This document shows positions 1 through 9,942 of a stretch of 55,529 bases of DNA, piece after piece. Position 1 is the stretch's first letter, and every line of letters starts with the position of its first letter. The position numbers and the translations under genes are program-made. The notes beneath the pieces were generated by a model. It was given only the letters and a program-made list of their open reading frames with translations. It was not told the origin of the DNA and did no database searches. Source of the stretch: Bdellovibrionales bacterium (GTDB taxonomy: Bacteria; Bdellovibrionota; Bdellovibrionia; Bdellovibrionales; JAMPXM01); the NCBI GenBank assembly GCA_043739185.1, contig JAYUEN010000101.1, positions 1 to 55,529 of the forward strand. Direction: 5' to 3'.

Positions 1-98
1 TGAAAGTTAGGAATCGCAACTGTTGCCAAAATACCGATAATCGCAACCACGATCATCAACTCGATCAAAGAGAAACCTTTGTTATTTACGTGCTTCAT
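1..98 (-). CDS. pilA: Type IV major pilin, 5' part only (runs off the window)
   Basis: Manual translation from ATG 98: MKHVNNKG/FSLIELMIVVAIIGILATVAIPNF, a canonical class III prepilin cleavage motif with E5. SD-like AAAGGGGGAA upstream. Not in the ORF track because it is truncated. Confidence 0.85.
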   Translation of the reverse strand, partial: MKHVNNKGFSLIELMIVVAIIGILATVAIPNF

Positions 99-150
99 TT
101 TTCCCCCTTTAGGAATTTGTTTTCACTTAATATAAAATTTACTTAGCTTC

Positions 151-177
151 TTATCGGCCAAGTTCTAGGTTTCTTAA
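151..177 (-). promoter_or_regulatory. Putative sigma28 (FliA) promoter of the pilin gene
   Basis: Minus strand TTAAG-N14-GCCGATAA, about 50 nt upstream of the pilin ATG; consensus TAAAG-N14-GCCGATAA. Confidence 0.65.
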
Positions 178-686
178 ATTGAAACTTCAAACAAAGCTTA
201 AAAATAAGTATTTCAAATCGAATGCCAATCATATTATGTTTAGATTGCTCCGCTTTGAGAAGACCAGATCAACTTGATACAGACCTCAATATTTTGTGCT
301 TCAATTTAATCCGCAATTCTGTCTCACTTTGAGAAGTGCGCAAATGGCGCTTTTTTGGGTATGCCCTGTAAAAAACTTCGACATCGGACTTAAACTAGTT
401 AATTCTTTGTTGAGTTTTGAATTTTGTCTCACTACTTTCAAAAAACGCCTAAAACTTCGATAGCAATTTAATCGCAGATCAAGACTCGGCATTAGTCGAG
501 GTCTCGCAATGTATCAATGCAAAACGATAATGGATCAGGCAAGTCATCTATCTATATTGTCAACTTTGATGCATTGATCCTGCTGGATGCGCACGCAGCT
601 ATAAACAATGCCTTTCTAGAAATGACAAATCCAGCAGGACCCTTGAGAATGCGGTGCTTGACAACTTTCTTTCCGGCTCCAGATTG

Positions 687-695
687 TGTTATAAT
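687..695 (+). promoter_or_regulatory. Putative extended -10 sigma70 promoter of clpS-clpA
   Basis: TGTTATAAT (TGn + perfect TATAAT) 65 nt upstream of the clpS ATG. Confidence 0.5.
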
Positions 696-760
696 TTGAG
701 AAGCTACTTTTTAGCAAAAGCATATTTAGACCTCTTGCAAATTAAAGTTGGGGCGAATTC

Positions 761-1123
761 ATGACAGCATATCAGATTGAGGCAAGCCAAGATCAAGATG
801 ATGAAAGCGATTTCGGTCATGATGAAGGCTTGGGAATTAGTATTGCGCCGATCACGCAACCACGCACCAAGACTCCCTCAATGTATCGAGTTCTGCTTTT
901 AAATGATGACTTCACGCCAATGGATTTTGTAATCCGAATATTGCAAAAATTTTTTGCTAAAAATATGACGGACGCCACCAAGATAATGTTGCAAGTTCAC
1001 CAGCAAGGCGCGGGCGTCGCCGGGGTTTTTACCTATGAGATCGCTGAGACAAAGGTGTACCAAGTGAATCAGTTTGCTAAACAGAATCAGCATCCGTTAA
1101 AATGCACTATGGAAAAGGTCTGA
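761..1123 (+). CDS. clpS: ATP-dependent Clp protease adaptor ClpS
   Basis: [29 protein letters not shown] and HPLKCTME motifs; directly upstream of clpA. Confidence 0.97.
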   Translation: MTAYQIEASQDQDDESDFGHDEGLGISIAPITQPRTKTPSMYRVLLLNDDFTPMDFVIRILQKFFAKNMTDATKIMLQVHQQGAGVAGVFTYEIAETKVYQVNQFAKQNQHPLKCTMEKV

Positions 1124-1188
1124 GAGATGGCTATGGATCGTACGGAACTTACAAAAAGACTTACTAAAAGACGCATAGAGAGGCTTAT

Positions 1189-3525
1189 ATGCTGAGCTCA
1201 AATCTTGAAAAGTTTTTAAATATTGCAGCTAATCTCGCAAAAAATGGTCGTCACGAGTTTGTGAGTCTTGAACATATTCTTCTCGCTTTTCTAGGCGATG
1301 CCGAAACCAATGAAATTTTATTAGCATGCGGGGCTAGTATTTCAGACCTGAGAAAGAACTTAGAGCAATTCATCGATCGCTATAGCCCGAGAGTCAGTTT
1401 GTCTAATACTCAAATCGCAAGTGGCGATGATATCGAGGACCATACCCCCTCGATCGAAACCTATAAACCAGAATTTACATTGGCCTGCCACCGTCTTTTA
1501 CAAAGGGCCGTATTACAAGTGCAAAGCTCTGGCAAGGACTTCGTAACCACAGGACATATTCTAGTTGCCATGTATAGCGAAAAGGACTCGCACGCCGTGC
1601 ATTTCTTAGTCGAACAAGGTATTTCGCAATTTGATGTGGTGAACTATCTTTCGCACGGAGTTTCAAAGAGTGATTTAGAAATCACTTCGCGGCAAGCTGA
1701 CGAAGAAGAGTCTCAAGGCGAAAATATAGACATTGATGGCCTACCCAAAGATGGCAGCAAAACAAAAAAACAATCACCGCTCAAAGCATTTTGTGTCAAC
1801 CTCAACGAAAAAGCCGCCGCTCACCAGATTGATCCCTTAATCGGTCGTGATGACGTCATCGAACGCATGATTCAAGTTCTTTGCAGAAGAACAAAAAACA
1901 ATCCTCTTTTAATCGGCGAACCTGGTGTTGGGAAAACCGCAATTGCAGATGGGCTTGCGCTTAGAATCTTTGAAGAGAAGGTTCCGGAAGCTTTGGCAAA
2001 TGCTGTGATTTACTCTCTTGATATGGGCGCACTTCTTGCCGGCACTAAATTTCGCGGTGATTTTGAAGAACGGCTCAAAGCTGTGATCAAGGCTCTTGAG
2101 GCCGAAGAGCATGCCGTCTTATTCATCGATGAAATTCATACCTTGGTTGGCGCTGGCGCCACCAGTGGCGGCTCAATGGATGCCTCGAATTTGTTAAAGC
2201 CTGCACTAGCTAACGGAGCCATCAGTTGCATTGGCTCAACCACCTACAAAGAATACCGTCAGCATTTTGAAAAAGATCGGGCACTCTCAAGGAGATTTCA
2301 AAAAATTGATATTCGAGAGCCTACAGTTGAAGAAACCATTGAAATTCTCGCTGGCCTCAAATCTCATTATGAAGATTTTCACCATGTGAAATATTCGCCT
2401 GCGGTTATTAAAGCAACCGCTGAATTGGCAGCACGCTATATTCAACATCGTCATCTTCCGGATAAAGCCATTGACGTTATGGACGAAGTAGGAGCGAAAG
2501 CTCGAATCAAGAGCAAAAGCTCAGAGCCCGTTCAGATTCGGGTTAGTGATATTGAAAAGGTTGTATCGAGTATTGCACAAGTTCCGATTCACTCGGTGGG
2601 AGTTAGCGATAAACTTCAATTGAAAGACTTAGAGAAAAATTTGCGTGCCAAAGTATTTGGTCAAGATGGCGCGATCACTGCCCTTGCGACCTCAATCAAA
2701 ATGTCTCGCACTGGCCTTGGCCGAGAAAACAAACCTATTGGAGCTTATTTATTTGCGGGTCCTACCGGAGTCGGCAAAACCGAAGTCAGCAAACAATTGG
2801 CGGCCGTTCTCGGCAATCAATTTTTGCGATTTGACATGAGCGAGTATATGGAAAAGCACTCAGTTAGTCGATTGGTAGGGGCACCTCCCGGCTATGTTGG
2901 TTTTGAAGAAGGTGGCCTTCTCACTGAAGCTGTTAACAAAAGCCCCTACGCGGTACTGTTACTAGATGAAATCGAGAAAGCTCATCCTGATCTCAATAAT
3001 ATACTTCTGCAAGTCATGGACAATGGTACGCTCACCGATTCTCATGGTAAAACTGCGGACTTTCGAAATGTCATCTTAATACTCACTACCAACGCCGGCT
3101 CAAGCGATGCTTCAAAGGCTTTTGGTGTGCTTGAGAATCACTCGAAAAATCAAAAAGCCGAGCAAATGAGCGCGATTAAAAAGGTATTTGCTCCTGAATT
3201 TCTCAATCGTCTCGATGCCGTTGTGCAATTCTCGCCTCTTGCTAGTGATATGATTTTGAGAGTTGCTGAGAAATTTGTTGGTGAATTGGCTTTGCAACTT
3301 ACAAAAAAGAAAATTGAGTTCAGCGTATCTAGCGAAGTATTAAAGTGGCTTGCCGATAAAGGCTTTGATCCGCTTTATGGGGCTCGTCCCATGGCGCGAA
3401 CCATAGATGAACACATTAAAAAACCACTGGCCGATGAAATCCTTTTTGGAAAACTTGAAAAGGGCGGCAAAGTACGCGTCGAGCTTGACAAGAATTTATT
3501 GTCCCCGCATTTTATATTTGGATGA
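1189..3525 (+). CDS. clpA: ATP-dependent Clp protease ATP-binding subunit ClpA
   Basis: Clp N domain, two AAA+ modules ([16 protein letters not shown]), FDMSEYME...GAPPGYVG, no ClpB middle domain, follows clpS. Confidence 0.96.
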   Translation: MLSSNLEKFLNIAANLAKNGRHEFVSLEHILLAFLGDAETNEILLACGASISDLRKNLEQFIDRYSPRVSLSNTQIASGDDIEDHTPSIETYKPEFTLACHRLLQRAVLQVQSSGKDFVTTGHILVAMYSEKDSHAVHFLVEQGISQFDVVNYLSHGVSKSDLEITSRQADEEESQGENIDIDGLPKDGSKTKKQSPLKAFCVNLNEKAAAHQIDPLIGRDDVIERMIQVLCRRTKNNPLLIGEPGVGKTAIADGLALRIFEEKVPEALANAVIYSLDMGALLAGTKFRGDFEERLKAVIKALEAEEHAVLFIDEIHTLVGAGATSGGSMDASNLLKPALANGAISCIGSTTYKEYRQHFEKDRALSRRFQKIDIREPTVEETIEILAGLKSHYEDFHHVKYSPAVIKATAELAARYIQHRHLPDKAIDVMDEVGAKARIKSKSSEPVQIRVSDIEKVVSSIAQVPIHSVGVSDKLQLKDLEKNLRAKVFGQDGAITALATSIKMSRTGLGRENKPIGAYLFAGPTGVGKTEVSKQLAAVLGNQFLRFDMSEYMEKHSVSRLVGAPPGYVGFEEGGLLTEAVNKSPYAVLLLDEIEKAHPDLNNILLQVMDNGTLTDSHGKTADFRNVILILTTNAGSSDASKAFGVLENHSKNQKAEQMSAIKKVFAPEFLNRLDAVVQFSPLASDMILRVAEKFVGELALQLTKKKIEFSVSSEVLKWLADKGFDPLYGARPMARTIDEHIKKPLADEILFGKLEKGGKVRVELDKNLLSPHFIFG

Positions 3526-4454
3526 ATTTAGTACAAACACAAACTTCGCGTAAACTCGGCATTGGCATGGCGCTCACCACGGCCTTTTTATGGGCACTCC
3601 TTGCTATAAAACTAAAGCTAACTCTCAAATACGTAGACTCTTATAGCATCGTCTGGTTTCGCATGAGTTTTGCTTTTTTGTTTTTATTCATCGTGAAACT
3701 TATTACTGCGCCTAGGGAGATCTCAATTTTGAAGTCGCCTCCTTGGACCGCCCTGGTTGCAAGTGTCGGCCTCGGAGTCAACTATCTGTTTTTCATGAAA
3801 GGAGTCGAATTAACTACTCCAAGCAATGCTCAAATCATGATTCAATTGGCCCCAATTGGGCTCATCCTAGTTGGCATCTTCATTTTCAAAGAACGGCCAC
3901 GCAAAATTCAGGTGGCCGGCTTTTGTCTTGCTCTTTTTGGTTTTGCGCTCTTTCACAAAGATCAGCTCAATTCAACGATTCTAAGCGAACAAGCAAGCTT
4001 TAGGGCCGGCAATCTTTGGTTGGTTGCAGGGGCCTGCGGCTGGACGCTATTTGCTGCCCTACAAAAGCCCCTTTTACGAAAATACGAACCTCAGCAGCTC
4101 AATCTTTTGCTGTACGGGGTCGGTGCGCTGATGCTTGCACCCTTTACCCATTGGTCGATATTTCTGAATTTACCTATCTCAGGCTGGCTCTTGTTACTTG
4201 CCTGCGGTTTCAATACCGTCTTGGCTTATGGCGCACTTCCTATTGCATTTAAAAATATTCCAACCTCGCAAGTGAGCGTGATCATTGTCGCGAATCCACT
4301 TTTAACCATTCTAATTATGAGTATTTTAACATTTTTGAATGTCAGCTGGATTCACCCTGAGCATATCGCCAGTCTAGGCTACTTCGCCGCGTTCTTAGTC
4401 GTAGTGGGAGTTATACTCGCACTTCAATCCCGTAAGTCCGGCTTGAAAAGCTGA
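3522..4454 (+). CDS. DMT/EamA family transporter
   Basis: 310 aa, about 10 hydrophobic segments in two EamA-like halves (AFLWA, WFRM, IFIFKERP); ATGA overlap with clpA. Confidence 0.85.
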   Translation: MNLVQTQTSRKLGIGMALTTAFLWALLAIKLKLTLKYVDSYSIVWFRMSFAFLFLFIVKLITAPREISILKSPPWTALVASVGLGVNYLFFMKGVELTTPSNAQIMIQLAPIGLILVGIFIFKERPRKIQVAGFCLALFGFALFHKDQLNSTILSEQASFRAGNLWLVAGACGWTLFAALQKPLLRKYEPQQLNLLLYGVGALMLAPFTHWSIFLNLPISGWLLLLACGFNTVLAYGALPIAFKNIPTSQVSVIIVANPLLTILIMSILTFLNVSWIHPEHIASLGYFAAFLVVVGVILALQSRKSGLKS

Positions 4455-4508
4455 AAAATCTTCGATTATTTTGTTACGGCTTTACGACAATTTTGTTATA
4501 TTCAATAG

Positions 4509-6854
4509 ATGCACAAATTGAAAATCAGTTGGCTTTTATTTGCTCTGCTTTGCTTAAATTTTATAGCTTGCTCAAGTGATCAAAAGAAAACCCACATTTT
4601 AAAATATTCTCGGTTTAACTCGCGAATGCCCGCCAATGTAAAATGCGAGGAATCGAGCTGCGTGCTAATGAATAAATATCGAGATGCCCTCAATAGTTTA
4701 AAAGACAAGAAAAACAATGTTGCTTGTGATCTCTTTGTGCAACTTTCTGAAGAGCAAAACTTCGGACTTAAATCGCTTTCTCTAGCGAGAGCCTTTTCTG
4801 TATGCTCGGGAGAAAATTCGAGTGCAGAAGCCAAGCGCCTACCTTCAATTGAGAATTTTTTGAAACTGAGCTTCCCAACCTGGATGGGCGATATGCAGCT
4901 CAGGAGCGCAATGGCTCGAAGTCAAAATTTAAATGATGATTTGTCTGAATACAAAATCTCAGTTCAAATTTTAAATGACTCTATTAAAAATAAAGCTGCG
5001 CCAGATTCAGAGAAGGAAAAACTCGTGCGCCGCTGCCAGAACATTTTAAGTGCACATTTAAACGACGAAAATTATATTTCGATCGCCAATGTTGAGCAGT
5101 TGAACGAGAAACTGTATTATTTTGCGCCGCGATTTTTACCCAATCCGCCTAAAGAAAAGCTTTGGGCCGTAGCCAAAGATTTTGAAAAAGCCAAACTTGA
5201 CTTCAAGCATGCACAACAGTTTTTTAATAAATTATATGATCTCATTGAAATGCAACCGACCAAAACAGCTAAAGATTTGGATCTCGAGTATCGAGCCCTC
5301 GATTCATTACGCTATGATTATAAACTTGAACGCTCTGCTGATCACAAAGGTCTTTTCGATGCCGCAAGGAGAGCCACCGACTTTTCGCTAAAATACCTCA
5401 AACAAAAAGGCAAAACTTCAGTTTGGCCTGCAAATTATCTCAAATCTTCTCTTCTTTATGCTGGCCACCTATGGACCTTTACAAGCAGCGATGGCTCGAC
5501 AAAACTGGCGATTAAGGTTCTAGAGGACGCTATGGCAACTTTGAAACCAATAAAGGGCGAGGCCTATATCGATGATTTAGTTCTCATGCGCGCCCGCATC
5601 GCAGATGAGCAAGGTGATCCCGAACTTACACTTAAGTTATTGCAAAATCTCGGAAAAGAAACCAGTGAAGACGATAAGCGTGATCAAATGCGCTGGACGA
5701 GAGCTTTTCTTTTTTATAAACGTCAACAATATGAAGATGCCGCGCAGGCCTTTAAGGATATGATTCCGGACTCGCCAACCGAGCACAATGCTAGAGCCCA
5801 TTTCTGGAAGGCCGAGAGCCTAAAAAAGTTGGCAGAAAAGGAAAATTCCACCTCCAACCTCATCAAGGGATTGAATCCAAGCCTTCTAGATTTTCAATGG
5901 CTTGTTGAAAACGAACCCTTTGGATACTATGGCCTCGTGGCTTCTCACGAGCTCAATATGGCACTGCCTTCGATTGAATCCGTTCGCAAAGCCCAGCATG
6001 AAAAGAAAAAAACCGATGATCAGGCCTCCGCTCCGCCTTCGCCCTTTGATTCAGCTGAGTTATTTGAAATGAGTCAGCTACTCATAGCAGCCAAAGAAAC
6101 AGAATTCGAACGAAAACTACTGGACCAAACTTCATACAAAATGAGTAAAGTAACTTCAACTAGTACACAGAATTGGATCGATCTTCTCAAACTCTATGCG
6201 CAAGCTGAACAATACCAAAATTTATTTGAAAGCCTTACAGGCATGCCAACTCAAATTCGCAATCAGGTTTTTGCAGATAATCCTGAATTGGTTTTTCCGA
6301 CAGAGCCTTATACAGCTCTCGTTCAAACAGTCGCCAGTCAATTGGGTCTGCGATGGGAATTTGTTTTTTCAATAATGAGGCAAGAGTCTTCTTTGAATCC
6401 GATGGCGAGAAGCCCGGCAAATGCATTTGGTTTATTGCAAATGATTCCTGAAAATGCTCTCGAAGTGGCTAAAGATGTCAATATTCACTTAGACTCCTAC
6501 AAAGACGCCAAAGGGCATTTGCAACTGGTGAATCCTGAAATTCTGTTTGATCCAGATGTGAATATCCACTTGGGCGCAGCCCTCATGAAGCGACTATTCA
6601 AAAAAAATCAAAATAATTTTATCAAGACCGTCGCTGGTTATAACTCAAGTCCGAATGCAGTTGAAGGCTGGATTAGATCACGTTACCACGGCGATATTTT
6701 GGCATTTATCGAAGATATTCCATACGAAGAAACCAAAACTTATATTAAGACCGTTATGCGAAATTTTATTTATTATACCAGACTTGAAACTCCTGCTTCA
6801 AACGTCGAGTTCCCATCATGGTGTCTTGAGGGCTTTCCGCTAGTAAGCCAGTAA
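4509..6854 (+). CDS. Slt70-like soluble lytic transglycosylase (lipoprotein, helical/TPR-like region plus SLT domain)
   Basis: Lipobox FIAC; C-terminal RQESSLNP...GLLQMIP...AGYNS...IPYEETKTY SLT motifs. Confidence 0.9.
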   Translation: MHKLKISWLLFALLCLNFIACSSDQKKTHILKYSRFNSRMPANVKCEESSCVLMNKYRDALNSLKDKKNNVACDLFVQLSEEQNFGLKSLSLARAFSVCSGENSSAEAKRLPSIENFLKLSFPTWMGDMQLRSAMARSQNLNDDLSEYKISVQILNDSIKNKAAPDSEKEKLVRRCQNILSAHLNDENYISIANVEQLNEKLYYFAPRFLPNPPKEKLWAVAKDFEKAKLDFKHAQQFFNKLYDLIEMQPTKTAKDLDLEYRALDSLRYDYKLERSADHKGLFDAARRATDFSLKYLKQKGKTSVWPANYLKSSLLYAGHLWTFTSSDGSTKLAIKVLEDAMATLKPIKGEAYIDDLVLMRARIADEQGDPELTLKLLQNLGKETSEDDKRDQMRWTRAFLFYKRQQYEDAAQAFKDMIPDSPTEHNARAHFWKAESLKKLAEKENSTSNLIKGLNPSLLDFQWLVENEPFGYYGLVASHELNMALPSIESVRKAQHEKKKTDDQASAPPSPFDSAELFEMSQLLIAAKETEFERKLLDQTSYKMSKVTSTSTQNWIDLLKLYAQAEQYQNLFESLTGMPTQIRNQVFADNPELVFPTEPYTALVQTVASQLGLRWEFVFSIMRQESSLNPMARSPANAFGLLQMIPENALEVAKDVNIHLDSYKDAKGHLQLVNPEILFDPDVNIHLGAALMKRLFKKNQNNFIKTVAGYNSSPNAVEGWIRSRYHGDILAFIEDIPYEETKTYIKTVMRNFIYYTRLETPASNVEFPSWCLEGFPLVSQ

Positions 6855-6872
6855 GGCCCATTAGTTTTGGAC

Positions 6873-9530
6873 TTATCCAGAACTGTCCTCCGAATGAACT
6901 TCTAAAATAGCAGTTTCGTAGCGCTCAATTGCCTGATTCAAAACTTCAAACGAAATCACCAGCTCTTCGGAGCTTCCCAAAAGCTGGGTTTTATCAAATT
7001 CCGAAATAATTTTCTGTTGAATACGGCTAGCAAGATTCAAGATCAGTAAAATTTCACTTGGCGAATAAAATTCTTCTAAAAGTTTTTTTCGAATTTCATC
7101 GGCGTTTGCAATATTAAGCTCAGGGCGAAACGCTTGCTTTAACTCAATTGGCAAATACTCAAATGATATTTTAGCTAAATCTTCTGAAACCTGAAACAAA
7201 GTTTCATAACGCTCGATGGGATTTTTGGCGGTCATCTTTGCTATCAATTTCTTTAGTTTTTCAGGCAGGACATCCGAAATTCCTTGCGGAAACTCAAGTG
7301 TCGCACCAACCGTAAGCTCAAGAGTCTCTGCCGCATTTTTACCCTGAAATGGTCTGGTGCCGGTGAGCATTTCAAAAAGAATGACACCCAAGCCATAAAT
7401 ATCGCTTTGTGGAGTAGCCGGCTGACCTAGAACGACTTCTGGTGACATATAACTAATAGTACCAATCATGGCTCCGGGACTCGTGCGGTCTTGCTCAGTC
7501 GACGAATAGATTTTTGAAATGCCGAAGTCTATTATTTTAACCTGCATATCTTTTGCAATTAAGATATTGGCGGGCTTTAAATCTCGATGAATGATTCCGA
7601 CTTTATGAGCTTGTGACATGCCATCTACGAGCTGCTGAAAAAACTTTATGTGTTCAAAAATTCCAAATATTCCTCGAGCAATGACGCTTGCAAGCGTCCA
7701 ACCACTCACAAACTCCATTGCGAAATAAGGTTTTTCCTCAAAGCTGCCGATGGCGTAAATGCTCACAATATTTTTATGATTTAATTTGGCAAGTGCTTTT
7801 GCTTCTGAAATAAAACGCTCGAGAGTTTTTTTATCAATATCTCCGCTAATGAATTTAAGTGCGATTTTGCGATCCAGTATTCGATCATATGCAAGATACA
7901 CCTCACCCATACCGCCGCGCCCTAAAGCGCGAATCAATTCATAAGAATCAATCAAGGCGCCCTTTTCTAAGTTTCGCAAATTGTTTTCAATTGCTAACTT
8001 CTCATCAGAAGCCACAGACCCGTCCTCACAATAGGAGATGATTCGAAATGCCTGTTCAAATTGATTGTAAAATGTCGCCCGCTTCACAACTCCCTTTTCA
8101 TATTCTCCGACAGAATACAATTTGCCATCTGAATGATAAAATCGGCAGACTCCTTGTCTGAAACCCTTTTCATAATGATTTTCCTCGATTAAATCTCCGT
8201 TTTCAGAATAGGCTTTGTGAGAGCCATGTAAGGTCTGAAAATTGTGCCATAGCGACGAGCTAAACTCCCACTCTTGTAGCAATTTCCCACGGTCTGAATA
8301 GGATCGACCAAATCCTGTGCCATCTGAAGTCCATTCGGAAACTTCACTCAGTTGGGCATTTTCAAAATAGAGCTTCCTTGAAATTAATTTATTTAATTTA
8401 TATTCACTCTCAATTTTTATTTGACCTGATTTGAAATAAGATTTTTCTGGGCCGTCTTTTACGCCATCCAAATAAGAAATTGTTTCAAGCAACATACCTT
8501 CAACATTGAAGTAGGAGCGAATGCCCGTCGACAGTTCATTTTTGTAATATCCGCTTTCTCGCAATTTGCCGTTCGAATAAAATAATTCATAGGCGCCGTT
8601 TCGGCGGCCCAATTGATATGAAATTCGCTGAGCCAATTGACCTGAGTCAAAAAAAGTCTCAATCACTTCTTCTTTTTTTGGCTCTTTTTCAAATAGGCTA
8701 AAGTCTTCAGTCGAGCTCCCCTCAATATAACAGGCCCGCCGTGTGAGCTTGCCTTGATCATTGAAAGACTCTTCAGTCCCATGTAATTTGCCCTTATCAA
8801 AGGATCTACGATTCTGAATTTGTCCGTTTTCAAAAAACTCTTCCCAAAGGCCTTGCAAGTTTCCATTTTGAAATCTTTGAATTTTTGATACTTTTGCGTT
8901 TTCAAAATAAAAAATTCTGGGCCCGTCAAATTTTCCGTGCTCAACTCGACCTTGCTCGCTTAAATTTCCATTCTTAAAATAATATTTGAAGTCTCCCTGC
9001 AATTGGCCACCCGAATAAAATTCGATAGCTTTAATTCCCTCACATCCAGGATCTTCGTAAAAGACTTCGCTCTTACCATCACGATAGTCATTAAGGTATT
9101 CGATACGCGAAATCAATGCGCCAGTTGTGGGAGAAAACTTCAAATGCAAACCATGCCGATAATTGTTTAGATATTCACAACTATCAAGCAGGAGGCCAGA
9201 ATCAGACCACTGCCAGCGTTTCAATGCAATACCGCGATTATCGTATTCAGCCTTATGAATCAGTACACCTGAGATATTATATTCAAAATAAAAAGCTTCG
9301 GTGCCATTTAAATCATATTCTCTGACATAAATAAGCAAGCCATCGGGCGCAAATTTCTCTGTGCGTTTTAATTTTGTATTTTCTTGATAGCTGGTAAAAA
9401 TCCTTGAACCATCACTCTCATAAAACTCCTCGGCACATTTTTTTCCTTCTGCATCGGTGCCGATTCTGTGTCGACTTGATCCTTCGGCCTCTGACCATTT
9501 TGCGACTTTGATTTCGGATTCAGTTTTCAT
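6873..9530 (-). CDS. MORN-variant (YwqK-like) repeat protein fused to a Hanks-type Ser/Thr kinase
   Basis: About 500 aa of G-x-x-x-x-Y/F-x-x-NG repeats, then LGRGGMGEVY, IALK, HRDLKPAN, DFG, GTISYMSPE. Confidence 0.88.
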   Translation of the reverse strand: MKTESEIKVAKWSEAEGSSRHRIGTDAEGKKCAEEFYESDGSRIFTSYQENTKLKRTEKFAPDGLLIYVREYDLNGTEAFYFEYNISGVLIHKAEYDNRGIALKRWQWSDSGLLLDSCEYLNNYRHGLHLKFSPTTGALISRIEYLNDYRDGKSEVFYEDPGCEGIKAIEFYSGGQLQGDFKYYFKNGNLSEQGRVEHGKFDGPRIFYFENAKVSKIQRFQNGNLQGLWEEFFENGQIQNRRSFDKGKLHGTEESFNDQGKLTRRACYIEGSSTEDFSLFEKEPKKEEVIETFFDSGQLAQRISYQLGRRNGAYELFYSNGKLRESGYYKNELSTGIRSYFNVEGMLLETISYLDGVKDGPEKSYFKSGQIKIESEYKLNKLISRKLYFENAQLSEVSEWTSDGTGFGRSYSDRGKLLQEWEFSSSLWHNFQTLHGSHKAYSENGDLIEENHYEKGFRQGVCRFYHSDGKLYSVGEYEKGVVKRATFYNQFEQAFRIISYCEDGSVASDEKLAIENNLRNLEKGALIDSYELIRALGRGGMGEVYLAYDRILDRKIALKFISGDIDKKTLERFISEAKALAKLNHKNIVSIYAIGSFEEKPYFAMEFVSGWTLASVIARGIFGIFEHIKFFQQLVDGMSQAHKVGIIHRDLKPANILIAKDMQVKIIDFGISKIYSSTEQDRTSPGAMIGTISYMSPEVVLGQPATPQSDIYGLGVILFEMLTGTRPFQGKNAAETLELTVGATLEFPQGISDVLPEKLKKLIAKMTAKNPIERYETLFQVSEDLAKISFEYLPIELKQAFRPELNIANADEIRKKLLEEFYSPSEILLILNLASRIQQKIISEFDKTQLLGSSEELVISFEVLNQAIERYETAILEVHSEDSSG

Positions 9531-9638
9531 ATAGGCATATTGTCCTAAGCATTACAATTTAGGGTCAATAGGATTCTGGCTGGTAGCTTTCTTTTTTAAT
9601 TGGTTAAATTTAAAAGACTGCAGAGTCGGGAATCCCGC

Positions 9639-9743
9639 ATTCAGTCAACTGCAGCCGATCCAGAATCAGTCCGACACACTGAAAACCGAGACTGAAACAA
9701 CCAAACTGCTGACGACCTCCGCTGCCGTTAAAACTGATTTGAG
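9639..9743 (+). repeat. Dispersed hexamer-periodic intergenic repeat, copy A
   Basis: 9678-9743 aligns ungapped with 26585-26650 at 50/66 identity. Confidence 0.7.
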
Positions 9744-9800
9744 TTCAAGATTTGAATAATACCATTTTAATCCGTCCATTTGTCTCATAATGAAACTGGC

Positions 9801-9825
9801 CAAAGTTGAATCTACATATGTCGAT
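9801..9825 (+). promoter_or_regulatory. Possible sigma28 promoter upstream of the S8 protease
   Basis: CAAAG-N14-GTCGAT. Confidence 0.4.
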
Positions 9826-9885
9826 ACTTCAGTCAGAGTCTTGAAATAAGACTCTGTCCTTCTAAGGGTTTAGCCCTGATTTCTA

Positions 9886-9900
9886 CGGCACTTTCTTTGC
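9886..9900 (+). promoter_or_regulatory. Putative sigma54 -24/-12 promoter of the S8 protease
   Basis: CGGCAC-TTTCT-TTGC (GG-N10-GC), 42 nt before the ATG. Confidence 0.6.
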
Positions 9901-9942
9901 TCTAAATAAAGCTAAAGAGCGACATTACAAGGGGGCCTCAAA

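Noticed and set aside
301..699. Short ORFs 301-492 and 517-699
   Set aside because: No SD or recognisable motif; they overlap promoter and hairpin features.
8000..9530. YwqJK-type toxin-antitoxin module
   Set aside because: Repeats are fused to a kinase and no adjacent toxin gene is present.
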